A stretch of 64,000 nucleotides of DNA from an uncultured Candidatus Poseidoniales archaeon (GCA_964576865.1 CAZNVK010000003.1:25245-89244), one strand, 5' to 3'; numbered from the stretch's first letter, positions 32,301 to 41,920 are shown. The notes: generated by a model from the letters alone, not told the origin. Numbers and translations: made by a program.

Positions 32301-35300
32301 CATCGATCTCGAAGGTTAGGAATGCTGCTAGAGCGGCCCCGGATCGGTCCATGATGCCAGTTCCATTACTCGAGAGTAAGGTGCCGCTCACATTGAATGA
32401 TTCTCCAGCGACAGGATTGTCAGTCACTTCTGAGACATTGAGCACGGTCGGTGAACGAACCGTGATCTGGTTCATCACCGTCATCGTGGAATGGAGCGTC
32501 GAGGAGCCGTTGAACATCAGGGTGACACCGATTTGCCCCAGTGGGTGGTCATGAGGGACATCGAAAGTGAAATTCGCCAGACCCTCGTTATTTGTGACCA
32601 CTTCAGGCATCCAGGTATTGTGGAATTTCGCTGCGACAGTCATTCCTGACAGACGAAGGTCATTATCCGTGTATTCGGTCAATCTCGCACCGAAAGTGAC
32701 TGAGGAGCCTCGGTCAACAATCGTCTGGATAATCGGAGTTCGATCCATGAAGCGAGTCACACCGCGAACCAGAATAGAGGCATTTCCAGTCCCGGTCAGG
32801 TAGAATGGGCTGGTACCTTCGAGTACACTGACAACGACGGTCTTTGTACCGCTGGAAATTCCATCCCCTCTCGGATCGGTCGGGACCGAGACGGTGAACG
32901 AACCGTTGTTAGTGGTGGTGAAGCTCGATACCAACTTCTCGCTGGTATCGTTGAGGAAGAAGACCTCGATGGCCATCGGCCCGTCGACGCTGCGATTATT
33001 GTCGAATCCGTCGAGCACCCTGCCGCTGATGGTGAATGCCTGTCCCGCTGTGACCTCAGGAGGAATCGAATCGATGGCGATTGCACTATCGACCTGGACG
33101 GTCAGATTGGCGAATGACTCGTTCCCAATCCAGCGCCCGGCATTTGCAACGGTCAAATTGTCGCTCAGATCATCGGGCGCGTGCACGCGCAGGTCGTAGA
33201 ATCCAGGTATGGTGTTGGCCAGAAGTGTCGGATTGAACCGAGCGACTCCATCGACATCGGTGGTAGTCGTATCGATGATGGTCTGATTCGCTCCACCCCA
33301 ATCGAAGTAGAGGTCGACACTCGCGTCTGGTACCACCGATCCATCCGCGAGGTCGGTCACCGTCGCATTGAGAATCAGCGTGGTTCCGGCGACGACGATG
33401 AGTGAGGCAGGAGCCGCTTCAACCACAAATTCACTCTGCACACCAATCGCGACGCGCACAGGGTCACCTACCGTGAAGTAAGGGCCGGGGGCGGGTGCGG
33501 TGGTGGCGAAGTCGAGGAGAACTCGCATCATGTAGACGCCAGAAGGAATGTCACTTGGAATCGTGAAGGAATAATTGTACTCACCTGTCGTCTCGTTGAT
33601 CCAACCATCCGCCAAGCGGTGAATTATCGGTGGGGCCGGACTTCCATCTGGACCAGGTGGTAGATCTGAGGGTTCTTCCAACTGAATCAGAATCGAAGAG
33701 TTATTTCCTGTGATTGCGGTTAGATGAACAACATCCTGAGCGACGCCTGCGACCCAATTCGTCATGCCTCTTGGGGTCCATTCCGAACCGAGGTTGACCG
33801 TCACATTTGCTCGACCTTGAATGCGAATCACGTCACTGGTAGCGGCAGCAGCCAACCAGGTCGATCCGGAGTAATTCATCTCCCAAGCGTAATCGCCCGC
33901 GAGCATGTTCCACTCAGGCGTCCAAGTCACCGTGTACCGGCCGGATGAGGGGTCGGTTGTATTCCACACCTGAGTGCCATTGAAATCGACGGTGTAATCA
34001 CCAGGGAAGTCTGCAACAGAAGTTCCAGTATGGTCAGATAATTGCACATCGACCGCTGCTACGTGTCCTCGGGTCGTAGGATTCAGAGTATAGCTGAATT
34101 CGACGTAAGACCGGATTCCGTAAATTGAGGGGAAGGTCTCCTCATCAGCTGCGAATAATCCATCAGCCGAATAGGTGAATTTGACTTCGACTTCACCAGC
34201 CGGGATATCTACTACAGATTCGTTGAAATCCCAAGTTAGAGCGAATTGTCCTGGCGAGGAGGTCCAATTACTCGCGTTCAGAGCCCAAGTCTCCAACGTC
34301 GTGTATGGGCCATTGGTCCCTGTCCGACGCATGGCGAATGTCAATGTCCCATTGAGCGCATCTGGTGAGGGACCACGGCTGACCGCTGTTCCATTGATGA
34401 AGATGAGTTGATTGATGTCGAGGATGCTGGAATTGGCATCGATTCCCTCAAGAGAGACTGTTAGATTCGGAGAAGGAGTGATGTTGAAATTGACCGACAT
34501 CGTACTCGGCCGCAAGTGATACTCAGGATTCGTCAGATTGTTCAGATCATTCTGATGCCATCCTAGGAATGCTACACTGGCATTTATCAGACCCAGAGGC
34601 TCGCTCTCTGAAATTGGCACATTGAATTCGTAATAACCGCTCGATCCCACATCTGCGATCAGATTCACCGGGCCATCTTCCACCGTCGTGTAATTGAGAA
34701 GAACCTGAAGTGTATCGAGTTGGGCTGGATCGGTCTGCGGTTGATTAGCCCAAGCCAAGGTGCCGGTTACTGTTGTATTCACCCCAGCGCCGAGCATCGG
34801 TTCGTTGGTTGGCGCTGGGCTGGAAATCGAAATGTCGACATCGTCGGTGACATTGATCGTCCAAGGGAATGAGATTCCCTGAACGCCCACGTAGCCCTGT
34901 CTATGCGTCAGCACCACCAGGGAACCATAACCGGGTTGAATCATCTCAGATGGAGAACCATCGAAATTGAAGAATCCGGTCTCATTGGTGGTCGCGCTGC
35001 CTATGAGATGATTTGCAGTTGCAGCGCTTCCGGGAACGTTCGCTGTATCATTCGATGGAACTAGATACAAATCGAGAGTGATTCCCTCAATCGCACTTGA
35101 ATTGCTGGCGAATTGCAGTGTTCCGTTGAGAGTGATATTGCCGGAGGAGTAGTCTCTCTCCAATGAATCGGGAGACCAAGTCTCGTTGACGACCTCGACC
35201 ACAGACATCTCCGGGCAGGCTTGGAATGGAATCCATCCGAGGTCGAGTTCTCCTTGGTTGGCATTGGTTTGCAGATGAACCTCGACCCACCAAGTGAAGT

Positions 35301-38300
35301 CATGCCCGTAGACTTGGAATCCATTGTCTACCCAGGTTCCTCCTGAGAACCCTGTCACCTTGCGCGTAGGTAATTCAAGTGAACGAAGCAGGGCAGCAAA
35401 GACAGTTGCATATTCATCACAATCTCCCTCGAATGCCTCCTCTAAAATCCAAACACTGGTGTCTGAAAGGTAATTGGTTTCAGCGGAGTCACTTCGATTC
35501 GAGCCAGCATGATTGCGTAAGAAAGTCGTCGTATTATTGCCACTGATCAGGAATTGCTGCAACGCGACCACTTGATCCCATGCAGATGACCAGCCGGATT
35601 CATTGACCACCGCCCAAGCGATTCTCGAGATGTTGTCGGCAGACTCGATCTTGCCTATATCCTTCGCATACGAACTATTCTGGAAGGCCGTGGTATTCTC
35701 GCGAATCGCGTCGGTCAGTGTCACCTGAGTAGCGGTTACATACAGAGTGTCGACAATCGAACCATCGATCAGTACATCTCGAGTGTAATTGGAGAAATTC
35801 AATCCAGCATCAACGTCAATCCAATCCGTGTAATTCACAGCATTGTAAGGAGCGATAAGTTCGTCGCCCGGATAGAGAATCCCATTGTTTCGGAATGAGA
35901 TCTCCCATCCGTAGAGTGCTGAATCATCCCAGAAGTCTTGATGGGCGACTCCTTGGAGGGTTGACCAGCTCGGGAACATTGGTGTGTATCCTACCAAGCT
36001 GGTGTTGACACCCCAAGAGACTCCTGTGTAGTAATCGTAGGTGTGCCAGCGCCAGTAATGAGTCTGGTTGAAGTCGATTCCAGTCGAAGTGTTCTCAGCG
36101 AAGAAGTAGAGCATATTCGGTTGAATGTCGTCGCTTGGATCCCACGGATCCATCGTAGCATCCGCACAGTCATTGTCCCAGAAGGCTGGAGGGCATTCAT
36201 CTCCATCCGGTATGCCACCACCATCGGTATCCGGATCTCTCCAATCTGTACCAATCTCCTGTTCGATGGTATCCGGGATGCCGTCTCCATCGGTATCGAG
36301 TGGGTTCATGTCGTCGCTTGGATTGTTCTGTGGATTGGTTCCATCGAGATATTCCTGATAATCGGTCACTCCACCGTTATCCGTATCGGTATTATTCCAC
36401 AGAGTGGTGTAATTGTCGAGGGACATATTCCCTCCCTCAATACCGTACATCAATGGGCAACCGGTATTGTTCTCAAACCAATTATTCAAGCCGTCCCCAT
36501 CGAAGTCAGCAAGATTATTGCACGGATTCATAGGATCTGTGCCGTTGATCACCTCATCGAGATCGTTGACACTATCGCCATCAGAATCGGTCATGTTCGG
36601 CATCGAGATGAACCCCCACGACCCGAGAGTCTCTTCCCAGTCTGCTAGTCCATCTCCATCGCTATCTCTGTAATCATCATCACAATGAGGTTCGTTTAGG
36701 GAGCCTAGAGACTCGTCCCAGCACCAAGAACCATTCACCACCACGACGAACATCGCATCAGAAGGCATCGTTATCGAGACCGAACGCAGAGAATTGCCGT
36801 TGATGGTTGAGTATTGGAATGGCGTGCGATTTCCGTTTGCGGATTCGAACCAAGCCATCGGCTCGCCATTCTGTCTCCAATCGACGGGGGTTGGGTCGAG
36901 TTTCGAAGTATTGTTCACAGTCAGCGTATTGTCTGCAGGAACCCAGGCGACGATGTCGAGATACAATTCGTATGTATTCGTACACGGATCGGTGCCGTGA
37001 GCTGGAGTCAACTCGGCACCGTCATCGATTCCGCCCCCGTCGGTGTCTGAGTTATTCCATTGGGTACAGGTAGCATTCTCCTCCCAATTCTGTATCCCAT
37101 CCCCGTCGAAATCGCCGGCATCCTCGATCCTCGTCGGATCCGTCTCATTCAGGTCGACGACGCCATTGAAGTTGGTATCCTCCTCGCCGTCGTCGAATTG
37201 ATCTCCATCGGTATTGTTGTTTCTCGGGTCGGAGGCTTGTGGCGGATTCCCGTACGAACCGTTGACCTCGACACCGTCAGAGATGCCATCCCCATCGGTA
37301 TCGACGGCGGTGGGATCGGTCAAAAGCACCAGAGCTTCGTAGGAGTCGTTGAGGCCATCACCGTCTGTGTCGTTGTTATTCGGATCGGTGTAGGTGACTC
37401 CATCAACCTCAGCTGTGAATATCTGGCACCCTCCAGGACCCAGATTCTGTACTGGATTGCATGGAGATTCCGTGCTCGTACGATTATCTGGCCCTGGACG
37501 CCAATATTGCCGCGGCGGTTGTACCGAGCCATTTCTCGTGCTCCACGCAGGATTCACGTATTCGTATAGATTGACCAAACCGTCATTGTCGGGATCGCCC
37601 GATGCTCCGTCATCATTCGCATTGGAGGTCGGGTCCAGATTGTTGGCGACCTCCCAGCCATCGGGCATCCCGTCGCCATCGGTATCCCAACCATCGGGAT
37701 CCTCATCGGTCATATTGTCGCCATCATCATCATCGGTAGCGCAATCGGCGTCACCATCGAAGTCGCCATCCCAACTATCGACCATTCCATCGTGGTCATC
37801 ATCAAATGTGTTGAAGCAGATATTTCCAACAGGATCCTCGTCAGCACCATCTGAGTTCAGACCCTGGATGAGTTGCATTGCGCTCTCTTCATCCCAATCA
37901 CTGACTGGAACGGTTCCGTTCCACCAGACTCCGTTATCCAATTCATTCGGGGTAGATGCAGAATCCCAATTGCTCGGAATAGAGTATTGGTATTCATTGA
38001 GGTTAGTCAGAGAATCACCGTCGGGATCTCCCGTCGAGCCGTTCTCGCCAGTAGCGGATAGAGGATCGAGTCCGTATTGCCATTCCCAACCATCAGGTAG
38101 CCCGTCATTATCGGAATCCCAATCTTGGGGTTGTGTACCGATGTAGTACTCCAATCCGTACACCAGGCCGTCGCCGTCGGTATCTGTCGACCCCATCGCC
38201 TCCCAAGACGCGAATTCGATGGCAGAGTACGATGTGAGAAGCATCAAGAGGCTGAACAGAATTGCAGAACGCTCCTTGCGGCGAGCGATTCCAGCCTGTT

Positions 38301-38331
38301 TACTGCTCGAGTCCACGTACAAGATGCACAC
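29392..38331 (-). CDS. Giant (2979 aa) surface protein: TSP3-like Ca-binding repeats, transglutaminase-like domain, Ig-like stalk, TM, DUF4129-like tail
   Basis: Signal peptide; many DTDGDG..DG.E repeats; YWRW.TYD..TG..W and EGDCDEYA...LR...P.R.VTGF; TM then ETVREF...FEEARYS. Confidence 0.9.
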   Translation of the reverse strand: MCILYVDSSSKQAGIARRKERSAILFSLLMLLTSYSAIEFASWEAMGSTDTDGDGLVYGLEYYIGTQPQDWDSDNDGLPDGWEWQYGLDPLSATGENGSTGDPDGDSLTNLNEYQYSIPSNWDSASTPNELDNGVWWNGTVPVSDWDEESAMQLIQGLNSDGADEDPVGNICFNTFDDDHDGMVDSWDGDFDGDADCATDDDDGDNMTDEDPDGWDTDGDGMPDGWEVANNLDPTSNANDDGASGDPDNDGLVNLYEYVNPAWSTRNGSVQPPRQYWRPGPDNRTSTESPCNPVQNLGPGGCQIFTAEVDGVTYTDPNNNDTDGDGLNDSYEALVLLTDPTAVDTDGDGISDGVEVNGSYGNPPQASDPRNNNTDGDQFDDGEEDTNFNGVVDLNETDPTRIEDAGDFDGDGIQNWEENATCTQWNNSDTDGGGIDDGAELTPAHGTDPCTNTYELYLDIVAWVPADNTLTVNNTSKLDPTPVDWRQNGEPMAWFESANGNRTPFQYSTINGNSLRSVSITMPSDAMFVVVVNGSWCWDESLGSLNEPHCDDDYRDSDGDGLADWEETLGSWGFISMPNMTDSDGDSVNDLDEVINGTDPMNPCNNLADFDGDGLNNWFENNTGCPLMYGIEGGNMSLDNYTTLWNNTDTDNGGVTDYQEYLDGTNPQNNPSDDMNPLDTDGDGIPDTIEQEIGTDWRDPDTDGGGIPDGDECPPAFWDNDCADATMDPWDPSDDIQPNMLYFFAENTSTGIDFNQTHYWRWHTYDYYTGVSWGVNTSLVGYTPMFPSWSTLQGVAHQDFWDDSALYGWEISFRNNGILYPGDELIAPYNAVNYTDWIDVDAGLNFSNYTRDVLIDGSIVDTLYVTATQVTLTDAIRENTTAFQNSSYAKDIGKIESADNISRIAWAVVNESGWSSAWDQVVALQQFLISGNNTTTFLRNHAGSNRSDSAETNYLSDTSVWILEEAFEGDCDEYATVFAALLRSLELPTRKVTGFSGGTWVDNGFQVYGHDFTWWVEVHLQTNANQGELDLGWIPFQACPEMSVVEVVNETWSPDSLERDYSSGNITLNGTLQFASNSSAIEGITLDLYLVPSNDTANVPGSAATANHLIGSATTNETGFFNFDGSPSEMIQPGYGSLVVLTHRQGYVGVQGISFPWTINVTDDVDISISSPAPTNEPMLGAGVNTTVTGTLAWANQPQTDPAQLDTLQVLLNYTTVEDGPVNLIADVGSSGYYEFNVPISESEPLGLINASVAFLGWHQNDLNNLTNPEYHLRPSTMSVNFNITPSPNLTVSLEGIDANSSILDINQLIFINGTAVSRGPSPDALNGTLTFAMRRTGTNGPYTTLETWALNASNWTSSPGQFALTWDFNESVVDIPAGEVEVKFTYSADGLFAADEETFPSIYGIRSYVEFSYTLNPTTRGHVAAVDVQLSDHTGTSVADFPGDYTVDFNGTQVWNTTDPSSGRYTVTWTPEWNMLAGDYAWEMNYSGSTWLAAAATSDVIRIQGRANVTVNLGSEWTPRGMTNWVAGVAQDVVHLTAITGNNSSILIQLEEPSDLPPGPDGSPAPPIIHRLADGWINETTGEYNYSFTIPSDIPSGVYMMRVLLDFATTAPAPGPYFTVGDPVRVAIGVQSEFVVEAAPASLIVVAGTTLILNATVTDLADGSVVPDASVDLYFDWGGANQTIIDTTTTDVDGVARFNPTLLANTIPGFYDLRVHAPDDLSDNLTVANAGRWIGNESFANLTVQVDSAIAIDSIPPEVTAGQAFTISGRVLDGFDNNRSVDGPMAIEVFFLNDTSEKLVSSFTTTNNGSFTVSVPTDPRGDGISSGTKTVVVSVLEGTSPFYLTGTGNASILVRGVTRFMDRTPIIQTIVDRGSSVTFGARLTEYTDNDLRLSGMTVAAKFHNTWMPEVVTNNEGLANFTFDVPHDHPLGQIGVTLMFNGSSTLHSTMTVMNQITVRSPTVLNVSEVTDNPVAGESFNVSGTLLSSNGTGIMDRSGAALAAFLTFEIDGDDSGFQISGGAVNPNGTWNAVITLGLSFPRGTHSITATYTPSVNYYSSSSGTGSFDSRGYSLITIVDPADLDPDRRVVRGNDVSINISLIDNAGQLVGNEEVDILVDGNVIQTIPTDVDGRATLVIPVDSTREQGPMLITAEFAGINGTTGLNGDSTWTRVIVLAPSILEITEMSGSMIAGESITFSGTLLDEHGQALTNGGLLSGGIIHIWIDGVDVGSAYTTRSNASSGAWSVTYNLPLDTDYGAHLVTARFLGGFTWVDPMGQGDSLNPEYYLPSSTTEMFNVTQTSQVVLTTPPGEVDRNELLLIEGMLTDGAGRALGNRYLRVTMNDQFLTGLTVASNGTFSIYVPIPPDMPLGPRLVKITFAGEEFILASNSTTVFTVFGPAIVHVDPPAAHAVGDTLRLTGTVRDNLPDGWLANHSIEIFIDGTLIGITSTDENGDWSYNWVISDFLDVGFHTLTISAPAQGYHRPGSVDANLTIAYHTGMNLQVDDVSVTRGEKWNFTGRLFDADSAGAPGLVGREIIVTLNGEEIHRTTTGYDGNFKFDHAIGYLIARGGHDIRFTFEGQTFYLPVEYNMTVFARADVVIELLWQTDIIIRSNDAYDIELVGRIVEVGGEGDVIEEMEVVLLWDGVAERSTVTWDESTGHFDLRSPARSTMPAGDLSLQLTALSDADRYLNSASIEHIVNIRVPVTFTFNPDTHHIKENQRVIKGNVTITAQDTGLPVEGISIVARLVNTTMIHFQNVKLTDSDGVMDYRFEIENQPPFHDKSRWGDLTLIFQTDSQLIAPADRFWLANEHGGIQMTYEDPAPPFTFWQIVALIGILLILGTAAGLAISLRRRRQAALDEMAGIFSYTAELLAAGDEIREAIFNCYESLCNILMRHGFLRRDFETVREFEMAIRKALPISEQALVALDRIFEEARYSSHRLGDGHRQNAQHALSMVLQEIDDLQEVPERDAYELTEAAA

Positions 38332-38417
38332 CCTCTACCGCCTACGGCGGTTCATACGGGTCTTAAGCGGAATGGAGCGTCGTTCGGACGATATCCAGTG
38401 ATGTTCTCGTAGACACT

Positions 38418-41360
38418 TCAGACAAGTTCGATGTCGTCGTCATCGTAAATCATCTCGTCCGGCTCTTCTTCCTCGGTCACCGGTTCGGGTAGATCCTCAT
38501 CTTCGTCTTCGTCCTCATCATGCTTGCCCTCACCGTTCATCGCTTCCAACAATGCCAAATGGGCTGCCCATTTCCTGCGGTTCATCCTGCTCTGGATTCC
38601 TCCGAATACGAGCAGGATGGCTACAACTATCACGATGAGAGTAGATGCTCTCGGGTTGGTGATTTCGTTCAGTAATCTATCGAAAATCCCATCGATGCCA
38701 ACAACCATCGTCACCTTCTCCTCGGCGGTGAATTCGTCTGGCCAACTCTGCTCGGTATGATGAGGTTCGGCTGTCACGGTGACGATGACTTGGTCTCCGT
38801 TATTGGCCGAGGATGGAACGGAGACCTCCAGGATGAAGGTGACCTCCTCGAAGGCGTCGAGTTCTATTAGTCGCGAACCAGTAGGTCCGCCGATATCGAC
38901 GTTCCATCCTGAGGCGCTGCTCGCCTCAGCGTCGAGGAGGACGATCATCGGGCTATTGCCTTTGTTTCGTACCTTCAACTGGAAGTCGTAGACCTCGCCA
39001 GGTGCTAACTTCCGATTCGAGGTCACCTGTACGATTTCCAAATCGGGTTCATCTGCATCGACCTCGAAAATCATCGGCAGATCGAAGTATCGAGGGTCAG
39101 AATCAGCAGTCTCCTCAAGAATTCGCAGATAGACCGTGTGATTTCCGACAACTACCTGATTGGTCAGTGTGACGACGACGAATATCTCAGTGAAATCACC
39201 GGGACCGAGTGAGACCATCGGCACAGCAGAACCATTCTCGTCGAGGACTCTGTATGTCCATTGACCGTAAGCCTGGTTTCGATCGGTATTTTCAGGCAGG
39301 CTTGCTGGATTGATGATCTGCCATTGCGTCGCCGACTCCCCAGAAGTCATGCTATTGGTTATGCGTGCGCGAAGGTTGACCTCGGGTTCGCTCTGTGAAG
39401 AGCAGAGAGAGACTTGGATGTGGCCGAGAGGCGTTCCGTCACAATCCTGCGAGACCTCCGCTCGGATTCCGAATGTTCGTTGAACAGTGAATTCCACTGT
39501 GGTCCTCAATGATGCATTTCCAGTGCTGATGACTTCGAGTTCGATCATTCCGATGTCCGGGTCCTCTCGGTCGGTTGATGGCTTCACGTTGAACCGGAGC
39601 ACCTGTGTTGAATGGCGCTCGAGTGGTGGGATATGGAAGGTGCCATCACCGTCATCCTCGAGGATCCTCTCGCCAGTATCATTATCGTAAATCTGAATGA
39701 TTGTCTTTGAGCGCTTGAGTACGTCAACGCGGAAGGTATCGGTGTCGAATCCCGTGTTGAATATCTCCAGCAAGAAGGTCGTGAATTGGTTATCCTCGAC
39801 ATATCGAGGTATGGTTGGGTCGATGTCCCCTGGGCGGGTGGAATTAGCGATTGGGACATCGTGGTCCTCGTTCCAGACCGAGACATCCGGTGGTTGGTAC
39901 ACCTCCAGCTTCTCTAGGTCGAGGGAGAGCAGGTCTTGGTGGACGACTGTCTGCACTCCCTCGATGGTTGCCTCCGCTACCGCCCTAATTTCGATTCGAT
40001 CAGGGGTGCCGGTGAGGTCATCAGGGGCGGTGATGGTAAGAATCGGATTGAGAATGTCTCCGCCCGAGTTGAGTGTATATCCACCGGGCGAATCGAACTC
40101 GACAAGCCAAGCGCTTCCGAGGTTCGTCAGCAGTTCGAGTTCGACGGTCATCGACTTTGTGGAGTCACCACGATGAACGAGTTGCAGAGGAACTGGAGTC
40201 GTCTCGCTGGGAGCGACGTATTCGACGGTTCTATCCTCGCGATGATTAATCGCAACTCCCCACTGCTTCATCTCGACTGCTTCATGCTCGACGAGGAAGG
40301 CATTTCCTTGCACGTCGGTGATTTCGAGTTCTACCGTGTATTCTCCGGAGGGCAATCCACTCGGATAGGTCCAAGTGTAAGTTCCGAATATCCCCTGGCT
40401 GGTATCGCGGATGCCATCGTCATCAGATGATACCTCATGATCGATTCGATAATTCCCGTCTGGATCCCGCATCAGAAGCCTGACCGAGTCCATGTCATCG
40501 CGGCCGAAAGCACTCTTGACATCGAAGGAGAATTGCATCGTTCGGTCCGCGAGGACATCATTTGGATACCACTCGAGTTCGACACCGTCAGCCAGTTCAG
40601 CGCCGTCTCGCTGAAGTAGAACCTCGCTGTCAGCAATCGCATTGGTCTCGACCTCCATCTGAGAATAACGGTTATTCTCACCGTCTATCTCATTCCATGC
40701 AACCTCTGCCTCGCAACTGCTTCCAAAAGGTCCTCCGCCGCCTTCACAACCGGTCATTTCTGCCGAAATCTCGACCGTCAACTCCCTTCCGTCGAGGATA
40801 GCGAAACTCTCCTCGTCATCGTCGAGTATGACTTCGAAGAGTTCGTGGTCATAATTGCAAGAATTCGTGATTCCGGGATTACAGGCATCGGTCTGCCACT
40901 CCTCCGAACCGACTGTGTTGCCGTTCGCTTTCACGACGATGTCCCACGTCACTTGTGAATTGCTCGGCCCTTGGGCTCGCAGGAAGAGTTGCACAGGAAT
41001 GTAGAATTGGCCGGAGGAAGAGCCATGCTTGGGGCGGCCGTTGACCATGAGGGAACTCATCAGGTCGCCGGTGCTGAATTCGATTGTCGAGTCGAGGGCG
41101 CTTGCCGAGGATTGACCCCCCGACTCGGGCACTTGGGTAGTGATGTGTCCATCGCCTCCAGACGAGGAATTGGCTTCGGCGAAATAGAGTGTGTAGAGTT
41201 TGAGATCGACATCGCCCGAGGCATAGGACCGAGACTGTGCGGGTAGTCCGTCCGAGTAGCTGACGACAGAGGCGAATGGAACGGTCAACATCAGGACCGC
41301 GAGAAACAGCGCGATTCGGGCGATTCCGTCCATGCGAAATGCCTTGCTGCTCGCAATCAT
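38418..41360 (-). CDS. Large membrane-anchored Ig-like-domain surface protein
   Basis: N-terminal signal, N.G..D beta-sandwich repeats, C-terminal TM helix and poly-acidic tail. Confidence 0.82.
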   Translation of the reverse strand: MIASSKAFRMDGIARIALFLAVLMLTVPFASVVSYSDGLPAQSRSYASGDVDLKLYTLYFAEANSSSGGDGHITTQVPESGGQSSASALDSTIEFSTGDLMSSLMVNGRPKHGSSSGQFYIPVQLFLRAQGPSNSQVTWDIVVKANGNTVGSEEWQTDACNPGITNSCNYDHELFEVILDDDEESFAILDGRELTVEISAEMTGCEGGGGPFGSSCEAEVAWNEIDGENNRYSQMEVETNAIADSEVLLQRDGAELADGVELEWYPNDVLADRTMQFSFDVKSAFGRDDMDSVRLLMRDPDGNYRIDHEVSSDDDGIRDTSQGIFGTYTWTYPSGLPSGEYTVELEITDVQGNAFLVEHEAVEMKQWGVAINHREDRTVEYVAPSETTPVPLQLVHRGDSTKSMTVELELLTNLGSAWLVEFDSPGGYTLNSGGDILNPILTITAPDDLTGTPDRIEIRAVAEATIEGVQTVVHQDLLSLDLEKLEVYQPPDVSVWNEDHDVPIANSTRPGDIDPTIPRYVEDNQFTTFLLEIFNTGFDTDTFRVDVLKRSKTIIQIYDNDTGERILEDDGDGTFHIPPLERHSTQVLRFNVKPSTDREDPDIGMIELEVISTGNASLRTTVEFTVQRTFGIRAEVSQDCDGTPLGHIQVSLCSSQSEPEVNLRARITNSMTSGESATQWQIINPASLPENTDRNQAYGQWTYRVLDENGSAVPMVSLGPGDFTEIFVVVTLTNQVVVGNHTVYLRILEETADSDPRYFDLPMIFEVDADEPDLEIVQVTSNRKLAPGEVYDFQLKVRNKGNSPMIVLLDAEASSASGWNVDIGGPTGSRLIELDAFEEVTFILEVSVPSSANNGDQVIVTVTAEPHHTEQSWPDEFTAEEKVTMVVGIDGIFDRLLNEITNPRASTLIVIVVAILLVFGGIQSRMNRRKWAAHLALLEAMNGEGKHDEDEDEDEDLPEPVTEEEEPDEMIYDDDDIELV

Positions 41361-41492
41361 CGCCCTTCGGCTCTCAGCGGGGTGTTAAAGCGTTCGTGAG
41401 GTCCGAGCCGCTGATGAGTCGTTTTCGAACGCCCCCAAAAGGGGGCGTGGGCGGCCGCTCGGTTCAAGTCGGATGAGTCTGTCAGGGGGCTT

Positions 41493-41578
41493 GCAGGGGT
41501 TCCCGAGTCGGTCAAAGGGGCCGGACTTAAGCTCCGGTGCTTAGCGCTTCGCAGGTTCGAATCCTGCCCCCTGCACCA
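41493..41578 (+). tRNA. tRNA-Leu(TAA) with encoded CCA
   Basis: Acceptor GCAGGGG/CCCCTGC, anticodon arm CCGGA-CTTAAGC-TCCGG, long variable arm, T arm GCAGG-TTCGAAT-CCTGC, ACCA end. Confidence 0.96.
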
Positions 41579-41594
41579 TCAATCCAATTCAAGC

Positions 41595-41706
41595 GGTGCA
41601 GGGGGTGGATTCGAACCCTAGTCGAATCTGAGATTCGACGGCGGGTCGGCGCTGGACCGCCTTAGGCGAGAAGCGCCGGTTTTCAGGCTCCTGCCCCCTG
41701 CACCAT
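41595..41706. repeat. tRNA-derived repeat unit: inverted copy (41595-41617) and direct 18-bp copy (41689-41706) of the tRNA-Leu 3' end
   Basis: ggtgcagggggtggattcgaacc is the near-exact reverse complement of the T-arm/acceptor; tcctgccccctgcaccat matches 41562-41579 exactly. Confidence 0.88.
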
Positions 41707-41724
41707 TCCTCCTTGAATCTGAGC

Positions 41725-41773
41725 TGTCGCGCTCCCTATAGCGCGGCTGCGCTCATCCAGAGCCGCAAGCGGC
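41725..41773 (+). repeat. Dispersed two-hairpin repeat, copy A
   Basis: tgtcgcgctc-cctat-agcgcggctgcgctcat-ccag-agccgc-aa-gcggc; matches copy B at 63339-63387 (minus strand). Confidence 0.75.
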
Positions 41774-41920
41774 TGATTGAAATCGACCTCGCTTGGACGG
41801 AAAATCAGATTCTGCGGAGCGCATTTCGTTCGATTAATTCTCAAACCTTTTCGGGGGGGATTCGAACCATTCCATCGATTCAATACCTGTCAAGACTGTG
41901 GCAGTTAATGTGACCCATCT

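Noticed and set aside
36043-38146. Long antisense ORFs opposite the giant protein (and many similar shadow ORFs across the window)
   Set aside because: Expected from high GC and codon bias of the real genes; no motifs
41595-41706. Second tRNA gene (minus strand) or split/permuted tRNA
   Set aside because: Only T-arm/acceptor similarity; no D arm or 7-nt anticodon loop recognised; kept as a repeat finding
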